From: Planctomycetota bacterium
GTDB taxonomy: Bacteria; Planctomycetota; SZUA-567
Reading direction: 5' to 3'
Assembly (NCBI GenBank): GCA_031555915.1
Contig: JAVBTZ010000058.1
Span: 1-50,035, forward strand
Length of the DNA: 50,035 bases
Below the pieces are notes generated by a model, which made no database searches, was not told the origin of the DNA, and was given only the letters and a program-made list of their open reading frames with translations. Positions 43,901 to 50,035 of this stretch are shown here, piece by piece; position 1 is the first letter of the stretch, and each line of letters begins with the position of its first letter. The position numbers and the translations under genes were made by a program.

Positions 43901-46900
43901 ACCCTCAAGCTTGCCGACAATGATTATAAAGATTCAGGAACTTTTAACTTTGGTGCCGGCGACGTAACCATCACCAAAAACGACAATAACGAGATCGTCC
44001 TTACCGGCAGCAAGGCGGCTATCAATGCCGCACTGGCGAAGCTGAATTTCGGTTTGATCGCCGGAGACGATCCCAACAGCATCAACAACCAGAAAATCAA
44101 CCTGCATGTCAAGGTTGACGATAATGCCAACGGCGGCGACGGCGCGCTAACAGTCGAGAAGGACCTCACCCTCTTCTGCAGCGCCGCGAACAACCCTCCC
44201 GTCGTCACCCCGCCCGGCGGCCAACCCGGCGACACCACCGCGAACCTCACCACCCATGAAAACACGGCGGTGGTCTTTGGCAGCGGCAATGGGCAAAAAC
44301 CCATCGTCATCACCGACCCCGACGGCAGACCGGCCTTCGGAGATATCGCAGCCACCAAAATTACCGTTGTCCTCAGCGTCACCCATGGCAAGTTGGAAGT
44401 GGTCGGCGAGGCAAACAAAGCCTTGATAACCGCCGGCGCGAACAATACGGCGACCGTCACTCTAGTAGGAACATTGGAGCAAATCGACGCGGTCCTGAAC
44501 GGCAACGGCGGGCTGAAATTCCATCCCACCAACGATGACATCAACAACACCACCGCCGTGTTGACGGTCAAGGTGTCCGACGACGGCAGCAGCCTGAGTT
44601 TGGGACACACCGGCGCCGCCGGCCATGCCCCCGACGTCAGCATCAACATCAAGATTGAACCGGTGAACGACGCCCCGTACTTCGCCACCACGGACAACGG
44701 CAACGACCATGCCGAAAAAATTCCCGCCAATTCGCCGGTCACGCACCAACTGGGTGATGTTCCAGAAGACACCGCGTTCAGCGACACGACCGACAAACCT
44801 GCCGGCGAAGCTGGCGCCTTCGGTCCGCAAGCCGGCATTCAGGTCAAGGACATGTTTGGCGAAGGGAAAACCTTCCATTTCTCCGATTACAAGGACGGCG
44901 CTCACTCCCAAACCGGCGCCGCCGCCGGCACCCGCGCCAATGCCTTCACCGGCGTCATCGTCACCCATGTGGATGAAACCGGCACCGGCACTGGCGCGTG
45001 CGGTTCGTGGCAATATTACGACACCACCGCAAATAAGTGGGTTGACTTCTGGACCGACGACCCCAATAGGACCGCCGTCGGCTCCGGCATTGCCAACAGC
45101 GCCGGCATCTATCTGGCCAAAGACGCCGCCATCCGTTTCGTGCCGGTTGCGAACTACAACGGCCCGGCGCCGACCCTCACCATCCATCTGGTCGAGGACG
45201 GCAGTAACGCCGGCAATGCCGCGGAAAATCCCGGTCAACCAAACGGCCTCATGCCTGCTAAAACCGGCGACAAAATCAACCTTTCGGACGGTAAAATAAA
45301 TGGCGCCGCCGACGCCAGCTTCAGTAAAACGCAAATCAGCACCAATACCGGCAAAATCGCCGTCGACATTTCCCCGGTTAACGACGCGCCCGAGGTTACG
45401 GGCAATCCGGCTGAATTGGTCATGGACGAGGACACTCCCAAGAACTTCAAGGTCGACACGGTCTTCAACCCCATCTTCCAAGACACCATCGACAATAGCC
45501 AAACCCCCACCGACCTGGCGGACGACTTCGCCGGCATCGTCATCACCGGTATTGCGGGTACGCCTGCCAATGCCGGCACTTGGAAGTACTCCACCGACAA
45601 CGGTACGACCTGGACCAGTTTGCCCGCCGATCTGGCCGAGTCCAAAGGCTTGTTCCTGGACAAGGACGCGTTACTCAGGTTCGAACCCAATCAGGACTAC
45701 AACGGCCCCGCTCCCAGCTTGACGACGCATGTCGTGGAAGTCGGACACGGTTACAATAATGGCGCTACCGGCATCGACTTGACCGCCGCCGGCGCCAAGG
45801 GCGGCACCAGCCACGTCAGCGACGCCTCCGCCAGCGTCACCCTGAAGGTCAACCCCATCAACGACGCGCCGCGGCCGGTGGATGCGGACGGCAAACCTGC
45901 CACCGGGAACGATCAGGTCAAGGTCGACCTTACCATGAAGGAAGACCGGATTAACGACGTCAAGGCACATGACGCCAATGCGGCCAACGGTCTCGACTCG
46001 AACAACGGTTGGAGCATGACCGAACTGTTCAACAACCCGAATGCCAACGGCCCCGCCAAGCACCAAATCTTCGACGACAGCCGCGACGCCAGCCCCACCG
46101 ATCATGACAACGACTTCGCCGGCGTCATCATCAAGCCCTATACGGCCAATGCGAATCAGGGCGTCTGGCAGTATTCTTTGGATGGGAATACCTGGGCGGC
46201 ATTGCCCACCAGCGGCGACCCGATATTCCTGGCGGCGAGCGCCAGAATCCGCTTTGAACCGAACCCCAACTACAACGGCCTCGCCACCGCCATTCCAACC
46301 TTGTCGGTGCACATGGTGGAAATGAAGGGCGAAGGCGGACAAGCCGCCTTGCCGGCCGGGTTTGTAAACGGCACGCAGCTTAGTTGGAATTACTCGGCGA
46401 CGGGGCAGGTCAGCGAGTTCTCCGTTTTGGTGACGATGGAAGTCACCCCCACGAACGACGGACCGGATTTGACCGTGCCGACAACCACGGCCGCCGACCC
46501 CAAGTACGTGGAAGTCAACCGCGACAATGGCATCAATTATTACAACAAGATCACCGGCATCAGCGTCGCCGACCCCGATTACAGCAAGGGCGATTGGCAG
46601 CCGGGTTCAAATAACGCCGATGTCATGCAGGTGACCATTACCGCCACCAGAAACGGTTTGGCGGATCAATTCGGCATGCTGAAGCTGGACGCCCTGCCTG
46701 CCAATCTGCAGGGCAAAGTCGCCGTCACCGGCAGCGACAGCAGCCAAATCATTCTGAAAGGAACTTTGGCCGACATCAACGCCACCCTGGCCTATCTCCT
46801 CTACAGCGCCGACGGCGCCAACAACCGGGACGCCATCACCCTCACCGTCGTCGCCAACGATTGCGGCAACGGCCAGAAACTGATCGGTCAGGACACCTAT

Positions 46901-49744
46901 AACGACCAAAACCAGAACGCCCTCACCGACAAGGATTATATTTATCTTACCGTAGCCACTTCCCCCCTCGTGAACTTCCCCGAGGGTGACAACGCCCTGA
47001 AAACGATTGAGGACAAAGGCGGCTTCACCTTCACGGGCGATCACGCCCTCACGGTCGGCAGCAGTCAATTACCTAATGACACTGCGATCAAAGTCACGGT
47101 CAAGGTGGAACACGGCGAGTTGAAGTTTGAGGACGGCTATGTCAAGCCGGCTTGGATTGTTGAAAACGCCGACGGCAGTTATACCTTCACCGGCACCAAA
47201 GCTGAGGTCAACGCCGCCCTGGCCAACCTCCATTACACCCCGCCGGAAGATTTCCACGGCTCCGACACCCTGTCCGTCACCACCCTGGACACCTCGAAGC
47301 TGGTCGCGAACGACCCCAATAGTGAAGCAAATTTGTCCAATACTTTCGATAAGGACATCAACGTCACCCCGGTCAACGATGCGCCGACCATCGGCGGCGA
47401 CACCAAGGGGGACAACACGGTTTGCCTTGGCGTCATCACCAATAATACCACCACCAACGCCGACGGCAGCACCAGCATCTACGAAGCGGTTGACAACCCC
47501 GCGACCGGAAAAGCCGAGGAAAAAGCCAAGGACGGCTGGACCGTCGGCGACCTCTTCAACACCTTCACCGACCATAAAGACCGCAACTATCAATACGGCG
47601 ATCACCGGGATGAAGTTTGGCTCGACAACGGCACGGAGACGGATCTGGTCCATGGCGAAGAAGTGAATATGGCCGGCATAATCGTCACCGGCCTGGACGA
47701 TCAGGGTAAAGGCGCGTGGCAGTATTATGATAGCGTCGCCGGCGCCTGGAAGAATTTCACTGACGAAAACAGCAGTCCACTCAGCGACGCCAACGGCCTG
47801 TTCCTCGCCGCCGACACGAAAATCCGCTTTGTCCCGAAAGCCGGCGCCGTCACCGGCGACGCCAACCCCACCCCTGCCTTCACCGCCCGGGTGGTCGATT
47901 CCTCGCACCGCACCGGCGAGAACACCCAGTTCAATCAGGGGCAATATGTCGATTTGACTGACGGCAAAGGCAACCCGACCCAGGTCGGTGAAGAAACGTC
48001 CGTATCGCAGGCGACCGCCAAGTTTGAAATCGAAATCAAGCCTTTCAACCACAAGCCGGATATCGACAAAATCCAGGACCTCACTATCGCCGAAGGCGAC
48101 AATAATCCCGTCAACCTCGCCAGCGCCGGCGAACTGAGCGACCCCAACCTCGACAACAGTTGGCTCGGCGTCACCCTCACCATCCAACGCGTCGGCGGGC
48201 CCAACGCCAGCGACGTCTTCGGCTTCGCCTTGGGTAGCGACTTCACCCTCGCCACAAACAACGGCCTCACCGTTATCAGTAAAGGCGGCGTCGACCTCGC
48301 CACCGTCGTCACGAACGCCAACGGCACCCTGACCCTCAAGTTCACCCAGGACGCCACCACGGTTCTGGTCAATGAAATCCTCCACGGCATCACCTACAGA
48401 AACACCAATCCGCCCACCGGCGGCAGCGTCGAACTAGGCTACACCCTGGACGACGCCAATCCCAACCTGAGTGTCTACGCCGACAGTCTCGGCGTCGGCG
48501 ACGCCGTTCCCCAGGGCCTTGGGGGCAACCTGGACGCGTTCCATAAACAAGTCATCAGCTTCCCCGCAGCCCCGGCCCCGGCTCCCGACCCCGACCCGGG
48601 CCCCGGCCCCGACCCCGAAGTCGGCCCCGGACCGGTCAACCCGCCCGACCCAACCGATCCACCCGACCCCGACACTCCAGTCGGCCCCGGGCCGTCCGAT
48701 CCAACGGATCCAACCGATCCGACCAATCCAACCGATCCGGTCCCGCCAACCGGTCATGTTCCGGACAACGCGCCGCCGGTCGACAACGGACCGAACGGCC
48801 CGGATTCGAACCAGCCCCAGCCGCCCGTTACCACGCTTCCCCCCGGTACACCCACCGATCCGATGGGTAATCCGGCCAACACCCCGCCTGGCGTCAACGG
48901 GCCCCAAGGCGACGATCCCGGCAGCAACCCGGTTACCACTCCGGACCCGCTTAGAAACCCCAGTCCGCTGCGTTACGACTCCGACAACCCCAGCGTCAAT
49001 TTCGACGAGTTCTACGGCGACATCGCCGACGAAAAAGTGCCGATCGGCGGCGAATTGGGCATCTCCGTCAACGAGCTTTTCCACCACACCGGGATGGAAA
49101 CGCAATTCGAGTGCGAAGCCACCCTGAAGGACGGCGAATCCCTCCCCGAATGGATCACCTTCGACAAGGACAGCATGCAGCTGATGGTCGAACCGCCGGA
49201 AGGCGTCACGGAAGGCGCTTACGAAATCATCATCCGCGCCAAGGACTCCGAAGGCCGAATGGCCGAAGCGCTGGTCCTGGTCAAGGTCGGCGACTCCATC
49301 GGCGTGGGCGACAACGACGCTGCCGATGCAACCGCTACCGACAACGGCGACCTTACCGACCTCGGCGGCGAAAACGGCGACGCCAGCGAAGGGGGCATTG
49401 AAGGCGAAGAAGAGGAGGAAGAGGAAGAGGAAGAAGAGACGCAGGCCGAAAGCGATGCAGGCGACGGTGACTCCGACGCCCCCTCCGACAGCGCCGAAGG
49501 CGAGGGAACGAACGCGGCCGAGACCAATCCTGAGGAGCAGGCTGACGAAGTTAACCTCACCCTGGCGGATGAATGGCTCCTCGCCGAAGCCATGCAGCTG
49601 CGGCAGGACGCCGAAGCCGACGGCGCGGCGCTTTCGCCGGAAGGTCTGGAAGGGGTTCACCCCGGTTTGGAGCAACAATTATCAAACACCGGCAGCAACG
49701 GGATCGTCAACCGCGCGCGGGAGTTGCTGGAGAGTATGGTATAA
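37910..49744 (+). CDS. Giant (3,944 aa) secreted, surface cadherin-like repeat protein with an N-terminal LEPR motif
   Basis: N-terminus ...MLLALEPRFMFDGAG (LEPR-type leader seen in very large bacterial adhesin-like proteins). About 16 divergent modules each end in a (V/I/T)(N/D)(D/N)(A/T/P/G)P junction (e.g. PVDDAPT, PVNDTPT, PVNDAPY, PINDAPR). CSPG/cadherin-like signatures include FTQADVHNGRIAYRHKGTEDFTDHLKISVFD and FTQQDIIDGRVKYVHNGEETHHDYFDFQIGDG. There is a Pro/Thr/Asp linker, a dystroglycan-type cadherin-like domain (LPEWITFDKDSMQLMVEPPEGVTEGAYEIIIRAKDSEG) and an acidic tail with E11. No RTX GGxGxD nonapeptides. Confidence 0.9.
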   Translation: MFIGRRRNKSGSKSESVKSQGGVTPGPQPAMDWTTVVGKHSMLLALEPRFMFDGAGVAMPDAPIPTDAIIGDGADVPAGDSSDAGLDGGDKSTGTDAIDPTEPNAADEANHKFQAALFTAGAFSDDNGNGFTERDTVRPMASPLMAILQGESQDPGAPSISIPDSKDHLAIDESGSITIRDIEVADTDDNGQANTNAITVTIWLSSENDASGVNRGNLGKLDFTNYNPNSHEGITLTWGNGPEDHVVGEYATITATADKLNDILGAFNFNGEKDANGQQIINIKVSDGSKDTTSQIFVDITPQNSDPTYELNLKDDNFSTPEDEYTQLKDAVKFTDLDFKYPNLADRDSLTVTLAVGKGSFYIKQGGAYVGAESLANVTLLNGVYTITGTDAEVNANLSGLYYKNTTENYYGTDTLTVKYWDKAGAANPGTFDVDIKITPVDDAPTIDPTATLTTGAKEGQKEVLLTADLFKISDVDNDPVQLVVTIRGLPIHGKLQIKNGENSFSDLVVGNTFTYKDIIDSKLYYSHDGSQVLPGDLATLTDSFVFSVYDGAGSTYLSGDSGPKVGDLQTVENGPGYIAGQPTNVEFTIDLTPVNQKPGVATEKIAFYEGQDNVEIKIAINDLDDATYFGNSADDNVFIVTKRVTAEGTTKYFEYGTLVRSDGKPMTLVDRADLVAGETLTGFWISAKALADGKLIYQHDGSDAWENGTPKFTDRSGITTNDQFAVYVLDGGGGEGAKLGGFKEIRLEVKPNNDMPYFIDGSKAERDDLGQYDKTTKTYHDEDHSIAGGTNVIDDVAGVVNNRGNGVPWVINLNPSKTAGAAVGGLNVMDRDSLAGAITYTIKDSPGFVGTIRRIIDENYTGPGGNEEPYVLYETLGTGSSFTQAEVDAGKIVYVAGEGGTETDPLIDQLVLEVRDGSKTAWYKDPVTKDITTTGIEGGVLDGVVDGKSDFKQVSVIFEIGKLTDDGKAHDGVTIPDPTLAVTGSTVDVFEDSFTVLTDTMLEVTHSYANLPAGVSTPANPLFVYTLEVTPEYGELCRWEAGKWVPLNTYDTFTQADVHNGRIAYRHKGTEDFTDHLKISVFDPDTDTRTYLYAAANQGATKYVQDATSGIDQNGLIIHVKASNDTPVITDVTKTFSEGTRGSQTSSPGGFSDGLILDHTVIKIGDSDSEAARGGTGNYNDNGFANDTNHADTTFVFTSKPQHGAIYVWIGGEGAPSNTNYSDVNSWYKLTDANYSTTEGSKDFDEWTTTFKLVSENKSDVIKFTYKQLVDGCIRYVHNGEDYNPNGGADPANVGFTEELTVRANDGKGVEADTDQSGQTSPTDGNKQSISNEGKIIINITQVDDPPEQEKVSGDAKGSKFETPENGTFIPATQYEGKGYTRDYHQDSVGTVITASHLSYTDTDSSNVQLQYFITATPSQGALYLFKGGTSTEANGVWTHTGGGTWVQLGVESVFTQQDIIDGRVKYVHNGEETHHDYFDFQIGDGVTTIVQGNDALNQGGTVVKPSVRFDIYVLPANNPPEITVDDGKVRHGDGYIYLLEPEGVALSDKDLSGVFKVSDRDYSDVGEGNAYDKFKPDDDASDGIVPDTTDNSTEADRQIQATIYAAKSGYKNSFNKETGTGGFESYKGDAGVELWGSFKFYKKDGANFVEVDATALKNDFNVTVVSSDTGMVQLLGSEADINTALAMLRYVPGKVSSTADSRQDSDLDSGVDIILVVNDRGNGDGSDAANKNEGDNWDLKAESAVKVFVSTFNDPPTSINDQTITTPEDTAVQFSKSIGGMNSPFADVDGIVSGNGNVAVLTVGHGKLSFEGGLPKGVTQTTSKDSQTGATTVTLTGSLAGINAAMKRLTYTGDHNWNGPDTLRVEYSDGMNQNNVADAVFTKDCRFDIAITVTPVNDTPTLNVPANTDVEPIAVSNNIGDKTPIQGTIAGKFITIGDVDLGDSATPANSNNLTNNTTGDIDPSGNGSRPQATVDTVPMSVTLTTTYNGADIGALTLKLADNDYKDSGTFNFGAGDVTITKNDNNEIVLTGSKAAINAALAKLNFGLIAGDDPNSINNQKINLHVKVDDNANGGDGALTVEKDLTLFCSAANNPPVVTPPGGQPGDTTANLTTHENTAVVFGSGNGQKPIVITDPDGRPAFGDIAATKITVVLSVTHGKLEVVGEANKALITAGANNTATVTLVGTLEQIDAVLNGNGGLKFHPTNDDINNTTAVLTVKVSDDGSSLSLGHTGAAGHAPDVSINIKIEPVNDAPYFATTDNGNDHAEKIPANSPVTHQLGDVPEDTAFSDTTDKPAGEAGAFGPQAGIQVKDMFGEGKTFHFSDYKDGAHSQTGAAAGTRANAFTGVIVTHVDETGTGTGACGSWQYYDTTANKWVDFWTDDPNRTAVGSGIANSAGIYLAKDAAIRFVPVANYNGPAPTLTIHLVEDGSNAGNAAENPGQPNGLMPAKTGDKINLSDGKINGAADASFSKTQISTNTGKIAVDISPVNDAPEVTGNPAELVMDEDTPKNFKVDTVFNPIFQDTIDNSQTPTDLADDFAGIVITGIAGTPANAGTWKYSTDNGTTWTSLPADLAESKGLFLDKDALLRFEPNQDYNGPAPSLTTHVVEVGHGYNNGATGIDLTAAGAKGGTSHVSDASASVTLKVNPINDAPRPVDADGKPATGNDQVKVDLTMKEDRINDVKAHDANAANGLDSNNGWSMTELFNNPNANGPAKHQIFDDSRDASPTDHDNDFAGVIIKPYTANANQGVWQYSLDGNTWAALPTSGDPIFLAASARIRFEPNPNYNGLATAIPTLSVHMVEMKGEGGQAALPAGFVNGTQLSWNYSATGQVSEFSVLVTMEVTPTNDGPDLTVPTTTAADPKYVEVNRDNGINYYNKITGISVADPDYSKGDWQPGSNNADVMQVTITATRNGLADQFGMLKLDALPANLQGKVAVTGSDSSQIILKGTLADINATLAYLLYSADGANNRDAITLTVVANDCGNGQKLIGQDTYNDQNQNALTDKDYIYLTVATSPLVNFPEGDNALKTIEDKGGFTFTGDHALTVGSSQLPNDTAIKVTVKVEHGELKFEDGYVKPAWIVENADGSYTFTGTKAEVNAALANLHYTPPEDFHGSDTLSVTTLDTSKLVANDPNSEANLSNTFDKDINVTPVNDAPTIGGDTKGDNTVCLGVITNNTTTNADGSTSIYEAVDNPATGKAEEKAKDGWTVGDLFNTFTDHKDRNYQYGDHRDEVWLDNGTETDLVHGEEVNMAGIIVTGLDDQGKGAWQYYDSVAGAWKNFTDENSSPLSDANGLFLAADTKIRFVPKAGAVTGDANPTPAFTARVVDSSHRTGENTQFNQGQYVDLTDGKGNPTQVGEETSVSQATAKFEIEIKPFNHKPDIDKIQDLTIAEGDNNPVNLASAGELSDPNLDNSWLGVTLTIQRVGGPNASDVFGFALGSDFTLATNNGLTVISKGGVDLATVVTNANGTLTLKFTQDATTVLVNEILHGITYRNTNPPTGGSVELGYTLDDANPNLSVYADSLGVGDAVPQGLGGNLDAFHKQVISFPAAPAPAPDPDPGPGPDPEVGPGPVNPPDPTDPPDPDTPVGPGPSDPTDPTDPTNPTDPVPPTGHVPDNAPPVDNGPNGPDSNQPQPPVTTLPPGTPTDPMGNPANTPPGVNGPQGDDPGSNPVTTPDPLRNPSPLRYDSDNPSVNFDEFYGDIADEKVPIGGELGISVNELFHHTGMETQFECEATLKDGESLPEWITFDKDSMQLMVEPPEGVTEGAYEIIIRAKDSEGRMAEALVLVKVGDSIGVGDNDAADATATDNGDLTDLGGENGDASEGGIEGEEEEEEEEEEETQAESDAGDGDSDAPSDSAEGEGTNAAETNPEEQADEVNLTLADEWLLAEAMQLRQDAEADGAALSPEGLEGVHPGLEQQLSNTGSNGIVNRARELLESMV
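48562..48960 (+). repeat. Low-complexity Pro/Asp/Thr/Gly/Asn linker inside the giant protein
   Basis: PAAPAPAPDPDPGPGPDPEVGPGPVNPPDPTDPPDPDTPVGPGPSDPTDPTDPTNPTDP... Confidence 0.85.
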
Positions 49745-49773
49745 AATTGCGGGCTGCCGCGCCGGATTTCACC

Positions 49774-49810
49774 CCGCCGCGACCAATCTTTGGTCGCGGC
49801 GGTTTTTTTT
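49774..49810 (+). terminator. Rho-independent terminator of the giant gene
   Basis: ccgccgcgacca-atctt-tggtcgcggcgg (12-bp perfect stem) followed by T8, 30 nt after the stop codon. Confidence 0.85.
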
Positions 49811-49852
49811 GTAATTTGGGGACACGTTAGAATGGCGCTGAAATAAGGGCAA
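49811..49852. repeat. Repeat family D, short inverted form
   Basis: gaatggcgctgaaataagggcaa is the exact reverse complement of 31979-32001. The adjacent gtaatttggggacacgtta matches (inverted) gaacatgtccccataattc at 32041-32059. Confidence 0.8.
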
Positions 49853-49890
49853 CCTTTTGCGAGGTGATGATTTAAAATAATTTTTTACCA

Positions 49891-50035
49891 CAGAGAACAC
49901 AGAGACCACAGAGAACCACTCTTAACTGCGGAATGACGTATAGCCCCGGGATTTAACTCTTTTTATATAACTGTAATTCTGGATTAACTTCCATCCGTAG
50001 TTTAAGGTGGTTCTCTGTGGTCTCTGTGTTCTCTG
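49891..50035. repeat. Repeat family C: large palindrome with ~41-nt arms, truncated by the window end
   Basis: Left arm cagagaacacagagaccacagagaaccactcttaactgcgg (49891-49931). Right arm ccgtagtttaaggtggttctctgtggtctctgtgttctctg (49995-50035). The 63-nt AT-rich spacer contains cggaatgacgt, also present in family A. Confidence 0.8.

Noticed and set aside
48786-48806. tRNA T-arm-like string ggattcgaacc
   Set aside because: It lies inside the giant CDS (NGPDSNQP codons), with no acceptor or anticodon arms around it.
39581-49678. Several long minus-strand ORFs inside the giant gene (39581-40564, 40943-42103, 42185-42934, 43924-44838, 44462-45502, 45671-46342, 47069-48385, 48434-49678)
   Set aside because: All are antisense to a continuous 11.8-kb ORF with repeated, recognisable cadherin-like signatures. 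Their translations are Gly/Val/Asp/Ala-rich mirror images.
37910-49744. RTX-type T1SS substrate call for the giant protein
   Set aside because: No tandem GGxGxDxUx nonapeptides are present anywhere, and no T1SS genes lie in the window. The acidic C-terminus alone is not diagnostic.

Overview
High-GC bacterial chromosomal segment (roughly 60% GC by eye), densely coding. I recognise 34 protein genes and no rRNA, tRNA, CRISPR array, transposase or phage genes.

Gene layout:
- Left third (mostly + strand), housekeeping: 5' part of an MCP gene (runs off the window, so absent from the ORF track), rsmG, an RluA-type pseudouridine synthase, recO, accB-accC followed by an AmaP/Asp23-like membrane protein, queA, a DUF2062 protein, an orphan DppB-like ABC permease, corA, and a degenerate, truncated adenylation-domain gene.
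- Middle (11.9-31.8 kb), entirely minus strand: a tight operon LolB-like lipoprotein / MMPL-RND exporter / LolA-like protein / STAS protein / M24 aminopeptidase. This is followed by a SAM methyltransferase, argC and rsfS, then a flagellar type III export and regulation operon: fliO-fliP-fliQ-fliR-flhB-flhA-flhF-(small 2-TM ORF)-fliA.
- Right: potD, a Cys/Pro-rich repeat lipoprotein, a CheY-like receiver, metY, and an 11.8-kb gene for a 3,944-aa LEPR-motif, cadherin-like giant surface protein.

Intergenic DNA carries several families of structured repeats:
- A 149-bp MITE-like element with 24-nt terminal inverted repeats. One copy sits inside the flagellar operon, and a minimal palindromic version shows a compensatory arm change.
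- A 176-bp unit in tandem, with a third, inverted copy elsewhere.
- Mosaic palindromic elements upstream of the flagellar operon and after the giant gene.

Best candidates for undescribed biology:
- The MMPL + two LolA/LolB-fold proteins + STAS module.
- The FlhG-less flhF-small membrane protein-fliA arrangement.
- The structured repeat families.
- The giant adhesin-like protein and the Cys/Pro-rich repeat lipoprotein.

All functional calls come from reading motifs in the translated ORFs. No database search was possible.
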